Of a stretch of DNA of 41,221 nucleotides, positions 1 through 7,582 are shown piece after piece. The position numbers and the translations under genes were made by a program. Source of the stretch: a virus. The DNA is taken from positions 1 to 41,221 of the IMG/VR virus record IMGVR_UViG_3300031228_000002; one strand, written 5' to 3'. The notes beneath the pieces were generated by a model. It saw only the letters and a program-made list of their open reading frames with translations, was not told the origin of the DNA and did no database searches. Position 1 is the stretch's first letter, and every line of letters begins with the position of its first letter.

Positions 1-95
1 GGTCTTCAGTTGGTCGCCGATGGCGTCGGCGAGGGTGGAGAGGACGGCGACGGTGCGCGCGGTGTCCTTGAGGCTCATGTGTGGTCTCCTTGGGG
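1..95. repeat. Terminal direct repeat, left copy (assembly overlap of a circular or circularly permuted molecule)
   Basis: ggtcttcagttggtcgcc...gtggtctccttgggg is identical to 41127-41221. Positions 1-78 (minus) duplicate the 5' end of the CDS 40656-41204. Confidence 0.95.
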
Positions 96-96
96 T

Positions 97-125
97 GGGC
101 CGCCCCGATTCCCGCGGGGCGGCCC
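97..125 (-). terminator. Intra-operon hairpin (I-shaped terminator, attenuator or RNA stabiliser)
   Basis: Perfect 11-bp GC stem gggccgccccg / cggggcggccc with a 7-nt loop. It lies between the stop at 143 and the next early gene start (78, equivalent to 41204). No U tract. Confidence 0.45.
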
Positions 126-142
126 GTGGTGCGTGCGGTGGG

Positions 143-769
143 TCAGTTGACGCGGAAGCCGCCGCGGTCCTTGGCGTAGGTCAGGTAGGCGATCCAGCTG
201 GCCCACCACCCGATCTCGCCCTCGACGCGGGCACGGGTCGCGGCGGGCTGTACCCGCCAGGCGGCGAGGGCGGCCTCGCACTGCGCCGGGGTGACCAACC
301 ACCCGTCGTTCGATGAGAACTTGCCGACCGGGATGCCACGCACGGGCACCGGCTCGAAGGCGAGCGTGGCCTCGACTGCGGCAAGGTAGCCGCGGTCAGC
401 GTCGGTCAGCTCCGCCTCAGCCTTGGCCCGCGCGTCGCCCTCATAGTGGGCGGGGTCCTCGGGCCACTCGGTGAGGCCGAACTCCTCCAGGCGCGGGAAG
501 TGGGGCGCCTCCTCGCGGGTGAGCATCCTGAACGACGCCATCGCGTCGCAGCAGTGCGACATGCCCCAGATATTGAGACGGAAGTACGAGCGGTCGGCGT
601 CGTCGTACGCCTTCCATCCGGCCTTCCACGCCTTCTCGGCGGCCTCCCGCTCCTCGCCCTCGGGCAGCCTGTGCGGGGACGGGAGGGTCTTGACGTGGGC
701 GGCGGCTGCGGCGATGGCGGCCTTCTCCTCCTGGTCCCGCTCCTGCACGATGGTCATGTCGTAGCCCAT
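143..769 (-). CDS. Hypothetical early protein (208 aa)
   Basis: ORF track. ATG is preceded by GAAGGGAG. GC3 is high. No domain recognised. Confidence 0.75.
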   Translation of the reverse strand: MGYDMTIVQERDQEEKAAIAAAAAHVKTLPSPHRLPEGEEREAAEKAWKAGWKAYDDADRSYFRLNIWGMSHCCDAMASFRMLTREEAPHFPRLEEFGLTEWPEDPAHYEGDARAKAEAELTDADRGYLAAVEATLAFEPVPVRGIPVGKFSSNDGWLVTPAQCEAALAAWRVQPAATRARVEGEIGWWASWIAYLTYAKDRGGFRVN

Positions 770-809
770 GACGGGCTCCCTTCGGTGGTGGTGGATCAGG
801 TGGGAGTGG

Positions 810-1844
810 TCAGGCGGCGTTTCCGGTGAGGAGCGCGGTCATCTCCCGCAGTTGCGCGGCACCGGCCTGCGCGATGGGGAGGCCGTAGGACTGCTCGAAC
901 TCGGCGTCGAGGTTGTCGAGGCCGACCTTCGCGGCGGCGGCGCGCAACTGGTGCTCGGCGACATCCGCCTCGGACGGGCCCTCGGTGACGCTCTCCACCA
1001 CCACGGCGTCCACGACGCCGTCCTCGTCCGGCTGGTCACCGGCCGGTGCGGGCTTGGCGAGCTGCTGACCCCGGGCGATCAGATACGCGCCCAACTCCTG
1101 CGAGTCCTCGCCCACCTTCACCGTGGCGGCGAGGAGACCGGACGCGTTCGCCTGCCGGTACAGCTCCTTGACCACGGCCTGGTCGGTCGTCGTCCCGGCG
1201 GCGTCGGCGTGGGCCTGCTCAGGCGTGATGGTGTCTTCGCCCTGTTGCGGGCCGGGTGTGGCCCACTGGTCGGTCTGGCCGGGCTCGACACGGCGCAGCT
1301 GCTGCACCGGGGCCTCCACCGGGATCCCGTCCGCGTCAACGTTCGCCCCGAGCTCTTCCGGCGTATAGATCGTGCCCTGCAAGATCTCCGAGCAGGCGGC
1401 GCGCGCTACCTCGGTGATCGCCCGGGCCTTCAACATCGCGGCCGGGAAGTTCTTCCACGTGTCCTTGCCGGTCAGCCTTGCGGCCTGCGCCCGCTCGATC
1501 GTCCACACGACCTCGAAGGTGAAGTCGGGGTCATCGGCGCGGATGATCTGCGCGACCGCGCGCCGGTCGTCGCCGTTGACGCGCAGCTTGTGACCGGCCC
1601 GTCGGACGAGACCGGCGATCAGGTCAGCGGACGCGGTCGGCTTGCCGTTGATGACGTGGATCGACTGCACGGCGGTCAGCGGGGCGACGCCGAGTGTCTG
1701 CCCGTACGAGATGGCCCACAGCAGGTTGGCCGGCTTGCCCTGGTACTGCCGGGGCAGCAGGTCGGAGGCGGCCATGGCCTTGGCGTAGTCCATCTGTGCG
1801 GCGAGGGCGCCGGGTTCGAAGGTGGCGGGGAGATTGGTGGTCAC
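810..1844 (-). CDS. recT: RecT-family single-strand annealing recombinase (344 aa)
   Basis: The N-terminal half fits the RecT pattern (MDYAKAMAASDLLPRQYQGKPANLLWAISYGQTLGVAPLTAVQSIHVINGKPTASADL). GTG start in a GTGA overlap with the upstream stop. Confidence 0.85.
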   Translation of the reverse strand: MTTNLPATFEPGALAAQMDYAKAMAASDLLPRQYQGKPANLLWAISYGQTLGVAPLTAVQSIHVINGKPTASADLIAGLVRRAGHKLRVNGDDRRAVAQIIRADDPDFTFEVVWTIERAQAARLTGKDTWKNFPAAMLKARAITEVARAACSEILQGTIYTPEELGANVDADGIPVEAPVQQLRRVEPGQTDQWATPGPQQGEDTITPEQAHADAAGTTTDQAVVKELYRQANASGLLAATVKVGEDSQELGAYLIARGQQLAKPAPAGDQPDEDGVVDAVVVESVTEGPSEADVAEHQLRAAAAKVGLDNLDAEFEQSYGLPIAQAGAAQLREMTALLTGNAA

Positions 1845-1978
1845 TTGGTGCCTCCGTGGTGGTGGAGCAGGTTGAGGAGGTGGGTGATGCGGTGGCGGCC
1901 GTCGAGGGCGACGATCACGAGGAGGGCACCGAAGCCCCAGGCGAAGCAGGCGGCGGCAAGGATCTGGAGCCAGGTCAC
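1841..1978 (-). CDS. Small single-pass membrane protein (45 aa)
   Basis: GTG at 1978 overlaps the upstream stop (GTGA). Hydrophobic helix WLQILAAACFAWGFGALLVIVAL. Its stop overlaps the recT start. Confidence 0.5.
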   Translation of the reverse strand: MTWLQILAAACFAWGFGALLVIVALDGRHRITHLLNLLHHHGGTK

Positions 1979-3027
1979 GGCGTCACCTCGGCCCACTCGC
2001 CGCCGTTCGTGCGCTGGACGAGGCGGGAGTTCGGCCACATGACCTGGGAGCGGGCGAGCCGTTCCAGCGATGCGGCCAAGTCCGGCGAGGGGTCGAGCAC
2101 GCGCTGGCCGTACTCGTTGTCCGTCGCGATCCCGTACTCAATGGCGTCGGGCGTGGTCACCTCGGGCAGGTCGTGCGGCACAGGCCGGGGACGCGGCGTC
2201 GACTCGTGCCAGGAGGCGAGCAGGTCCCGGCCGCAGCGAGGGTGGACGCAGATGCCGCCGTCGGGCAGGTCGTCTGCGCTCACCGTGTGAAAGTCGGCGT
2301 ACCTGCTCACGGGGGCAGGCTTGTGGGCCAGGCAGTGCAGCAGTCGGCCGCGGTCCTGGCGGTAGCCCACAAGCCCGGTGGCGGCCAGGCGCTGCTCGTC
2401 GCCAGGGGGACCGATCTCCGTGGCCCCGGACCACTCTGTCCGGGGCCGGGTCTCGATGACCGCACCCGACGACGCGTGCAGGGCTTCCACGGTGAGCGAG
2501 TACCGGATCGGGTCCTCATCGACCGAGCGCGTCGCTCCGTCGCCAGACCGCATGCCCTCCCACACCGCCAGCACCGCACCGAGACCGACCGCGAACGCGT
2601 CCGTGTCCCAGTAGCCGGCCGCACGGCGGTAGGCCGGGTTCGTGACGCAGGCCGCCGGGTACTCCGAGCAGGCACACGCCCGGTCGTGGTAGTAGTCCGA
2701 CAGCGCACCGTTCCCCGCGTCGACCAGCGCGTCGAGCTGCTGCTCGGTGAGCTCGAGGGGCGGCGGGCCCTGCGCGTCGCCCGGCTCGGCGTGGCCAAGC
2801 GGCACCGGCAGCGCGCCCATCACGGCGACCGCGTCGGCCAGCGGGTCCTGCCCCTGGATGCCGTGCTCGGCCAACTCGGCCAGCGTCGCCATCACGAACT
2901 GCGGGCACGACGCCATGGCCTCCGGGGCATACAGACCACGACCCGTGCGCGTCACTGCGGCACGCACCCAGCGCATGCCGTCGAGCGTCGTCACACTGAT
3001 CGGATCACGGGGAGTCGGTGTCGTCAT
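1975..3027 (-). CDS. Hypothetical early protein (350 aa), Cys-containing, no recognisable domain
   Basis: ATG 3027 is in an ATGA overlap with the upstream stop. GC3 is high. The longer track ORF start at 3084 was rejected. Confidence 0.7.
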   Translation of the reverse strand: MTTPTPRDPISVTTLDGMRWVRAAVTRTGRGLYAPEAMASCPQFVMATLAELAEHGIQGQDPLADAVAVMGALPVPLGHAEPGDAQGPPPLELTEQQLDALVDAGNGALSDYYHDRACACSEYPAACVTNPAYRRAAGYWDTDAFAVGLGAVLAVWEGMRSGDGATRSVDEDPIRYSLTVEALHASSGAVIETRPRTEWSGATEIGPPGDEQRLAATGLVGYRQDRGRLLHCLAHKPAPVSRYADFHTVSADDLPDGGICVHPRCGRDLLASWHESTPRPRPVPHDLPEVTTPDAIEYGIATDNEYGQRVLDPSPDLAASLERLARSQVMWPNSRLVQRTNGGEWAEVTP

Positions 3028-3416
3028 GCCTTCACCGCCTGGCGGATGTAGTGCATGACCAACTCGTCCGCGAGAACCGCACACGAAACCCGAACCGCAA
3101 CCGGCCCGTCGTCACGCCTACCGCGCGGCAACTCGGCATGCAGCGTCCACACCGACAAGCCCTCGAACACGGGACTGCAGTGGATCTTGCCCTCCAGCGC
3201 GGTCAGCCACGGCCCGAGGTCGTCGACATCGGCGACCGTGACGAACACGCCGTCCGGACGAGGACTGATCGACGGGGCCGGGAGCGGGTGAGCGTCCAGG
3301 AACACGGCGAGAGCGAACTCGTTGTCCCGCTGGCGGATGCCCGACGTGGGAGCGACGGAGACGGGGGTCGTCTCGTCGAACAAGGAACGACCGGGAAGGT
3401 CAGTAGGCTGGGTCAC
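3024..3416 (-). CDS. Hypothetical early protein (130 aa)
   Basis: GTG start with GAGG 8 nt upstream. Its stop overlaps the next start. Confidence 0.65.
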   Translation of the reverse strand: MTQPTDLPGRSLFDETTPVSVAPTSGIRQRDNEFALAVFLDAHPLPAPSISPRPDGVFVTVADVDDLGPWLTALEGKIHCSPVFEGLSVWTLHAELPRGRRDDGPVAVRVSCAVLADELVMHYIRQAVKA

Positions 3417-3455
3417 GGTGACCTCGATTTCTGTGTGGGTTGAGGTGTGCCGATA

Positions 3456-3485
3456 GGGGTCGCCCCGTCCGACCGGGGTGGCCCC
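3456..3485 (-). terminator. Hairpin between the Xis-like gene and downstream early genes
   Basis: ggggtcgccccg / cggggtggcccc: a 12-bp stem with two mismatch or wobble positions and a 6-nt loop, inside an 81-nt gap. Confidence 0.4.
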
Positions 3486-3497
3486 TCTTACGTGGGG

Positions 3498-3701
3498 TCA
3501 GGCAGCGGCGCGCTGGGCGAGCCGGTCGCCGGCGGTCTTGGCCGACATCCACCGCTCGACATCGCGGACCGCGTAGAGGACTTCGCGTCCGACGCGGACG
3601 CCCTTGGGGCCAAGGCCGCGGTGGCGCATCTGCCTGATGGCGTGGGGGGTCTTACGGATGTGAGCCGCGAGTTCCTTCGTCGTCATGTACGGCGTATCCA
3701 T
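3498..3701 (-). CDS. Excisionase-like HTH protein (candidate Xis/RDF, 67 aa)
   Basis: From ATG 3701. TTKELAAHIRKTPHAIRQMRHRGLGPKGVRVGREVLYAVRDVERWM fits the HTH_17/MerR-type excisionase pattern. It lies next to the cro-like, cI-like and int genes. Confidence 0.6.
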   Translation of the reverse strand: MDTPYMTTKELAAHIRKTPHAIRQMRHRGLGPKGVRVGREVLYAVRDVERWMSAKTAGDRLAQRAAA

Positions 3702-3915
3702 GCCGTTCGCCTCCGTTCGTTTCCGGTTCGAGGTCCTGCACGGTGCAGCCGAGTTGGTTGGCGATTCGTGCGAGGACTTCGGGCTGAGGGTCGCTCTGGC
3801 CGCGTTCGATGCGGGAGAGGTGTGATGCAGAGACTTCGGCTGCGGTCGCGAAGTTGCGCAGGCCGTAGCCGCTGGTTTCGCGTCGCCTCCGGATCCCGGG
3901 TCCATCGGCCTTCAT
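3652..3915 (-). CDS. Cro-like Xre-family HTH regulator (87 aa), first gene of the early operon
   Basis: From ATG 3915. GYGLRNFATAAEVSASHLSRIERGQSDPQPEVLARIANQLGCTVQDL is an HTH_3 motif. It is divergent from the CI-like gene. Confidence 0.7.
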   Translation of the reverse strand: MKADGPGIRRRRETSGYGLRNFATAAEVSASHLSRIERGQSDPQPEVLARIANQLGCTVQDLEPETNGGERHGYAVHDDEGTRGSHP

Positions 3916-4118
3916 GGCGGAGACGATACGCAACGAACGGAAGGGATGCAAGGGGACGCGTTGGGATGGTTTCCGTTCGTGGCGGGGAGTGACGGCGGTG
4001 CTGCTTTCAGGTCACATTCCGGGGGTGCTCTCGCGCGCCGTGCAGGTCACCCTTACTCTGTTGCTGTTTGTTGCGCATCGTTGTGCGCATTTCGTTGACA
4101 GGAGAAGAGGCCACCCCC
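3916..4118. promoter_or_regulatory. Divergent cI-like / cro-like switch region with operator-like repeats
   Basis: A 10-bp inverted repeat acgaacggaa (3933-3942) / ttccgttcgt (3971-3980). Direct caggtcac at 4008-4015 and 4043-4050. TGCGCAT at 4072-4078 and 4084-4090. GC is lower than in the flanks. Confidence 0.6.
3923..3951 (-). promoter_or_regulatory. Candidate early promoter giving a leaderless cro-like mRNA
   Basis: On the minus strand: TTGCAT (3951-3946), a 17-nt spacer, TATCGT (3928-3923), then 7 nt to ATG 3915. Confidence 0.4.
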
Positions 4119-4526
4119 ATGAACCGCGACCCAGAAGCGTGGGCCCGGCTCGGCCGCGCACTCCGCTCCGCACGTGACCACCGAGGACTCACACAGCAAG
4201 AACTCGGAGAGATGGCCGGCACCTCCGGCCGCGCCGTCCAGGACGCAGAGGCCGGCACTGTGCCGAAAGCGCGCATGCCCTACACGCTCGGACGGATCGC
4301 GTCCGCACTCGGCTGGCCAGAGGGCGCCGTCGACGCGGTACTCGAAGGAGCAGCTCCGCCGGGTGAAGGGTGGCGCGATGTTCCGGCGCAGGCCGATGTT
4401 GAGGAGCGGTACGAGTCGATCCTCACGAACGCCATGGTGCGGGCGATGGAGGGGACGCCCGCTGCGGAGATCAAGAAGGCAACGAAGATTGCGTTGGACG
4501 AATTTCGCCGACAGGGCCTCTTGTGA
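4119..4526 (+). CDS. CI-like Xre-family repressor (135 aa)
   Basis: ATG 4119 follows GGAGAAGAGG. RGLTQQELGEMAGTSGRAVQDAEAG is an HTH. Plus strand, upstream of the integrase. Confidence 0.7.
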   Translation: MNRDPEAWARLGRALRSARDHRGLTQQELGEMAGTSGRAVQDAEAGTVPKARMPYTLGRIASALGWPEGAVDAVLEGAAPPGEGWRDVPAQADVEERYESILTNAMVRAMEGTPAAEIKKATKIALDEFRRQGLL

Positions 4527-4651
4527 AGACGTTCGGCGTACAACCTTCAACAATCCGTGCCAACGCATAGCGACCAAACGGTCACACAGCATATGCTCCC
4601 GCAACCGGAGCTAACCGCTCCAGGCAGCGTCTACGCGCGGGGAGCAGCAGC

Positions 4652-4855
4652 ATGCCCAACCCCAGAGTCTTCACCGCTAACCTCGGGCCCAAAGTCGCCG
4701 CGGTCACCACGCAAATTGATGGGGAACCTGCGGCGGTCATCAACACACAGGCCGCGTACGACATGACGCTCCGCCGCCAGGCGGCGTGGGCGCTCCTGTG
4801 CGTCGGCCTGGACGCCGGACTCATCCTCGGAGCGCTTCATGGGATACGTCGCTGA
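4652..4855 (+). CDS. Small membrane protein between repressor and integrase (67 aa)
   Basis: GGGGAGCAGCAGC precedes the ATG. C-terminal hydrophobic helix AAWALLCVGLDAGLILGALHGI. It overlaps the int start by 17 nt. Confidence 0.5.
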   Translation: MPNPRVFTANLGPKVAAVTTQIDGEPAAVINTQAAYDMTLRRQAAWALLCVGLDAGLILGALHGIRR

Positions 4856-6101
4856 CCGCTGGCACAAGACCCGGCCCGGGCCGGACGAGCCGGAGTGCGG
4901 GGAGCACAAGGGCCGGGTTGCCTCGAAGGCGCACGGCGTCGGCAAGCGATGGCAGGCCCGCTACGACGACCCGAACGGACGCGAGATCACCAGCCTCTGG
5001 GCCACCAAGGCTGAGGCAGAGCGGGAGATCAACAAACAGGAGTCGGCGAAGCAGTCCGGTTCCTGGCTCGACCCGAAAGCCGGACAGATCACGGTAGAAC
5101 GCTTCGCACTGGACAGCTGGCTCCCGGCTCAGAACATCAACGGGCGCTCTGAGGCCGAGTACCTCGGGGCACTCCGTCGCTATCTGTTCCCCGCATGGGG
5201 CAGTCGGCAGATCCGATCCATCAAGCCGTCCGAAGCCGGCGCCTGGCAACAGTCGCTGACCAGCGAGCACAACCTGTCTGGGCAGTACCCGAACCGTGTG
5301 GCCCGGTACGTTCGCGGCGTGTTCAAACTGGCCGTCATCGACCGCGTCATCGCTGTGTCCCCGTTCGAGCAGATCCCAGCGCCGACGCTTGTCGAGTCGA
5401 CAGTCCAGCCGCCGGACGTCGCCGAGGTGAGGCAGCTCATTGCGGCCGCGCACAAGCCGATGTGGGGTGCCCTCCTCGAGGTGACCGCGCTGACCGGACT
5501 GCGGTCGGGAGAGGTGCGCGGCCTGACCGTGGACCGGACCGACTTCCTGCGCCGCACCCTGCATGTCGAGCAGCAGCTCGTCCAGGAGAAGAAGGGCGCC
5601 ATGTACCTGGACAAGCTGAAGACCGGAGCGGGGCGCCGCGTGGTGCCGCTGACGCAGCGCGCGGTCGATGTCCTTGCCGCGCACCTGGCGACCTATCCGC
5701 CGCGTACCGATGGCGACTGGCCGGGGCTCGTGTTCGCGCTGCCGCTCGGGAAACCGATCCAGGAGTCGTCACTCGACTGGGCTATCAAGAACATCTGCCG
5801 CCGCGCCGGGGTGAAGCCGCGGCACTGGCACGAGCTGCGCCACCACTACGCCTCGGTGCTGATCGCCGGGGGTGAGAACCCGAAGGTGGTGCAGAAGCGG
5901 CTCGGGCACAAGGACGTGATGACCACGCTGCGGACGTATGCGCACCTGTTCGCGGAGGCGGAGGAGCAGACGCGATCCGTTCTGGATGCGGCGTGGGCGG
6001 TCCCGGGTGAGACTGGCTCGGAGGCGGAATCTCTTGAGCAGGGCGGAAGGATTCCGGAATCCCGGAGCGGAGAGGGCGATGTTGTGCAGCTCAGGGCATA
6101 G
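4839..6101 (+). CDS. int: Tyrosine integrase (420 aa)
   Basis: C-terminal catalytic motifs HELRHHYASVLIAGGENPKVVQKRLGHKDVMTTLRTYAHLF. Typical actinobacterial N-terminus MGYVADRW. Confidence 0.9.
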   Translation: MGYVADRWHKTRPGPDEPECGEHKGRVASKAHGVGKRWQARYDDPNGREITSLWATKAEAEREINKQESAKQSGSWLDPKAGQITVERFALDSWLPAQNINGRSEAEYLGALRRYLFPAWGSRQIRSIKPSEAGAWQQSLTSEHNLSGQYPNRVARYVRGVFKLAVIDRVIAVSPFEQIPAPTLVESTVQPPDVAEVRQLIAAAHKPMWGALLEVTALTGLRSGEVRGLTVDRTDFLRRTLHVEQQLVQEKKGAMYLDKLKTGAGRRVVPLTQRAVDVLAAHLATYPPRTDGDWPGLVFALPLGKPIQESSLDWAIKNICRRAGVKPRHWHELRHHYASVLIAGGENPKVVQKRLGHKDVMTTLRTYAHLFAEAEEQTRSVLDAAWAVPGETGSEAESLEQGGRIPESRSGEGDVVQLRA

Positions 6102-6416
6102 GCCGGGACATCACGCCTGGATGTTCCAGGCGGAGAGCGCATGACGAGGTCAGGGTGTCGGATCGGGTTTCACCTGGGGTTTCGTGTGTGACGACGTATC
6201 CCAACGCATCTAATGACGTCATCCGAACGGACGGAATTTCCCCGGAATCTGGCACCCGAGCGGAACGCTTCCGGAACGTCAGACACCCTCTGACCTCTGG
6301 AACATCCGCCCACGAGTCCCCAGGAAGCAACGCTGCTCCGACCCCCGTAGCGGGGTCGGAGCAAAAGCGACCGTTTGGGTACTGACTCGTGATCATGGTG
6401 CGCGAAGCGTGGCGGT
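6102..6416. other. attP-containing region (core not resolved)
   Basis: Non-coding and lower in GC, immediately 3' of int. Contains a cluster of CGGAA(T/C) repeats at 6222-6279 and the 10-bp palindrome atgacgtcat at 6213-6222. Confidence 0.5.
6335..6362 (+). terminator. Hairpin downstream of int
   Basis: Perfect 11-bp stem gctccgacccc / ggggtcggagc with a 6-nt loop. No U tract. Confidence 0.45.
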
Positions 6417-6659
6417 GTGTCCGTTCGCCGCACCCCCCTACCAGCGCACGTCATCGAGCGCCGAAGACTCCTCGGTCTCCGCATCGCGCAACTCCGGCGC
6501 GCCGCCGGCCTGTCCCAGGACCAGCTCGCCGAACGTGCCGGCCTCGAGCGCCGCAGTATCCAGCGCTACGAGAGCGGCGAGCGAGACCCCCGCTTCACGG
6601 ACCTCGTCCTCCTCGCCGAAGGGATCGGGACCACGGTCGAAGACCTCGTCTGCGAGTGA
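6417..6659 (+). CDS. Xre-family HTH regulator (80 aa)
   Basis: GTG start. LRIAQLRRAAGLSQDQLAERAGLERRSIQRYESGERDP is an HTH_3 motif. Confidence 0.7.
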   Translation: MSVRRTPLPAHVIERRRLLGLRIAQLRRAAGLSQDQLAERAGLERRSIQRYESGERDPRFTDLVLLAEGIGTTVEDLVCE

Positions 6660-6693
6660 GCCCCGGCCGGAGCTGGGGGCTGCCGGCCGGGGC
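6660..6693. terminator. Bidirectional hairpin between convergent genes
   Basis: Perfect 11-bp stem gccccggccgg / ccggccggggc with a 12-nt loop, directly after the stop at 6659. Confidence 0.55.
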
Positions 6694-6701
6694 TACCAGC
6701 G

Positions 6702-6733
6702 GGACGCCCTGCCCTGCTCGCCGTCGGGCGTCC
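6702..6733. terminator. Second hairpin between convergent genes
   Basis: 8-bp stem ggacgccc / gggcgtcc with a 16-nt loop. Confidence 0.35.
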
Positions 6734-6748
6734 TGCTTCACCGCACCC

Positions 6749-6931
6749 TCAGGCGCGGGGCTGGGGAGCGGGCGGCCAGGTGGCGCCCGAGTACTCGTGA
6801 TAGTGGCTGCCGTCGTGCCCGGACGCCCGGGTGCAGCAGCGGGCCGGCGCGTCCGGCTTGGCATCCCAGCAGAGCGCGAGACCGGCCGGCCGGACAGGCG
6901 GGGACTGAAGGTTCGGGTTCACGGCCCACAT
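6749..6931 (-). CDS. Small Cys/His-containing protein (60 aa), translationally coupled
   Basis: ATG 6931 shares 1 nt with the upstream TGA (TGATG). GC3 is high. Sequence MWAVNPNLQSPPVRPAGLALCWDAKPDAPARCCTRASGHDGSHYHEY. Confidence 0.55.
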   Translation of the reverse strand: MWAVNPNLQSPPVRPAGLALCWDAKPDAPARCCTRASGHDGSHYHEYSGATWPPAPQPRA

Positions 6932-7116
6932 CACGACGCCACCTCGATCGGCTTGAGTCCGCGCTCCTCGCGGCACGGGGCGCACGCGTACAGCAGGACG
7001 TCCGGACCGGAGTTCCGGACGACGGACTGCACCGGCAGGGCGGTCGCCGCGCGCCCGCCGTGTTGATGGCAGAACGGCTCTGGGCTGGGCGGTGGCTGGT
7101 CTGTACGCTCGTCCAT
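6931..7116 (-). CDS. Small Cys-containing protein (61 aa)
   Basis: ATG 7116 follows AGGGAGGG. GC3 is high. Motifs CHQHGG...YACAPC suggest a zinc-ribbon-like protein. Confidence 0.55.
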   Translation of the reverse strand: MDERTDQPPPSPEPFCHQHGGRAATALPVQSVVRNSGPDVLLYACAPCREERGLKPIEVAS

Positions 7117-7286
7117 GACGAGGCCCTCCCTACGGGTGTCGTCCATACCCCCGAGCCGGTCGCACGGCGGCGGGGGTCTTCGCTGCCCACCACCGTAGCG
7201 CGAGTGCGATAGGTGGCATAGGTGCGATAGGGCAACTGGGTGGACTGATCTCGCCTGGCCGACGCCCCCGGCTTAGCGTCCCGAGC
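7117..7286. promoter_or_regulatory. Divergent intergenic region with phased direct repeats
   Basis: gtgcgatagg at 7203-7212 and 7221-7230. ATAGG(T/G) at 7208, 7217 and 7226 (9-bp phase). TAGCGT lies 7 nt before ATG 7287, which may give a leaderless mRNA. Confidence 0.45.
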
Positions 7287-7526
7287 ATGGAGTGGCAGCC
7301 GGAGATTCCCAGGTGGCGGCAGGTGTATGCGCTGGTCGAGGAGCGCATCGACAGCGGGGTGTACCCGCCGGGTGAGCGGCTCCCCTCGGCGCTCGATCTG
7401 GTGGAGGAGTTCGGCATCTCCCCGGTGACCGCGCGCCGGGTGCTGCGCGAACTCCGTACGGCCGGGCTCGCCTACATGGAGCCGGGTATCGGCACGTTCG
7501 TGTCGAGGCTGCCGGAGAAGGACTGA
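7287..7526 (+). CDS. GntR-family winged-HTH protein, DNA-binding domain only (79 aa)
   Basis: WRQVYALVEERIDSGVYPPGERLPSALDLVEEFGISPVTARRVLRELRTAGLAYMEPGIGTFV fits the GntR N-terminal domain. There is no effector domain. Confidence 0.75.
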   Translation: MEWQPEIPRWRQVYALVEERIDSGVYPPGERLPSALDLVEEFGISPVTARRVLRELRTAGLAYMEPGIGTFVSRLPEKD

Positions 7527-7582
7527 CGGGCCGTGCGGCCGGGCTATGTTGTGGCCCTCACTGTCAGTTGAGGGGGGACCTC

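Noticed and set aside
1-78. Truncated gene or pseudogene at the left contig end
   Set aside because: It is the duplicated 5' end of CDS 40656-41204, created by the 95-nt terminal overlap, not a separate locus.
4095-4100. Perfect TTGACA hexamer as the -35 of the CI-like repressor promoter
   Set aside because: It lies only 18 nt before ATG 4119 and directly abuts the RBS. No acceptable -10 follows at 16-18 nt spacing.
6100-6416. tRNA gene or tRNA 3' fragment at attP
   Set aside because: No T-arm consensus (GGTTCGA-like) and no cloverleaf can be drawn. The stem-loops at 6279-6295 and 6335-6362 have the wrong stem and loop sizes and lack the U33 position expected of anticodon arms.
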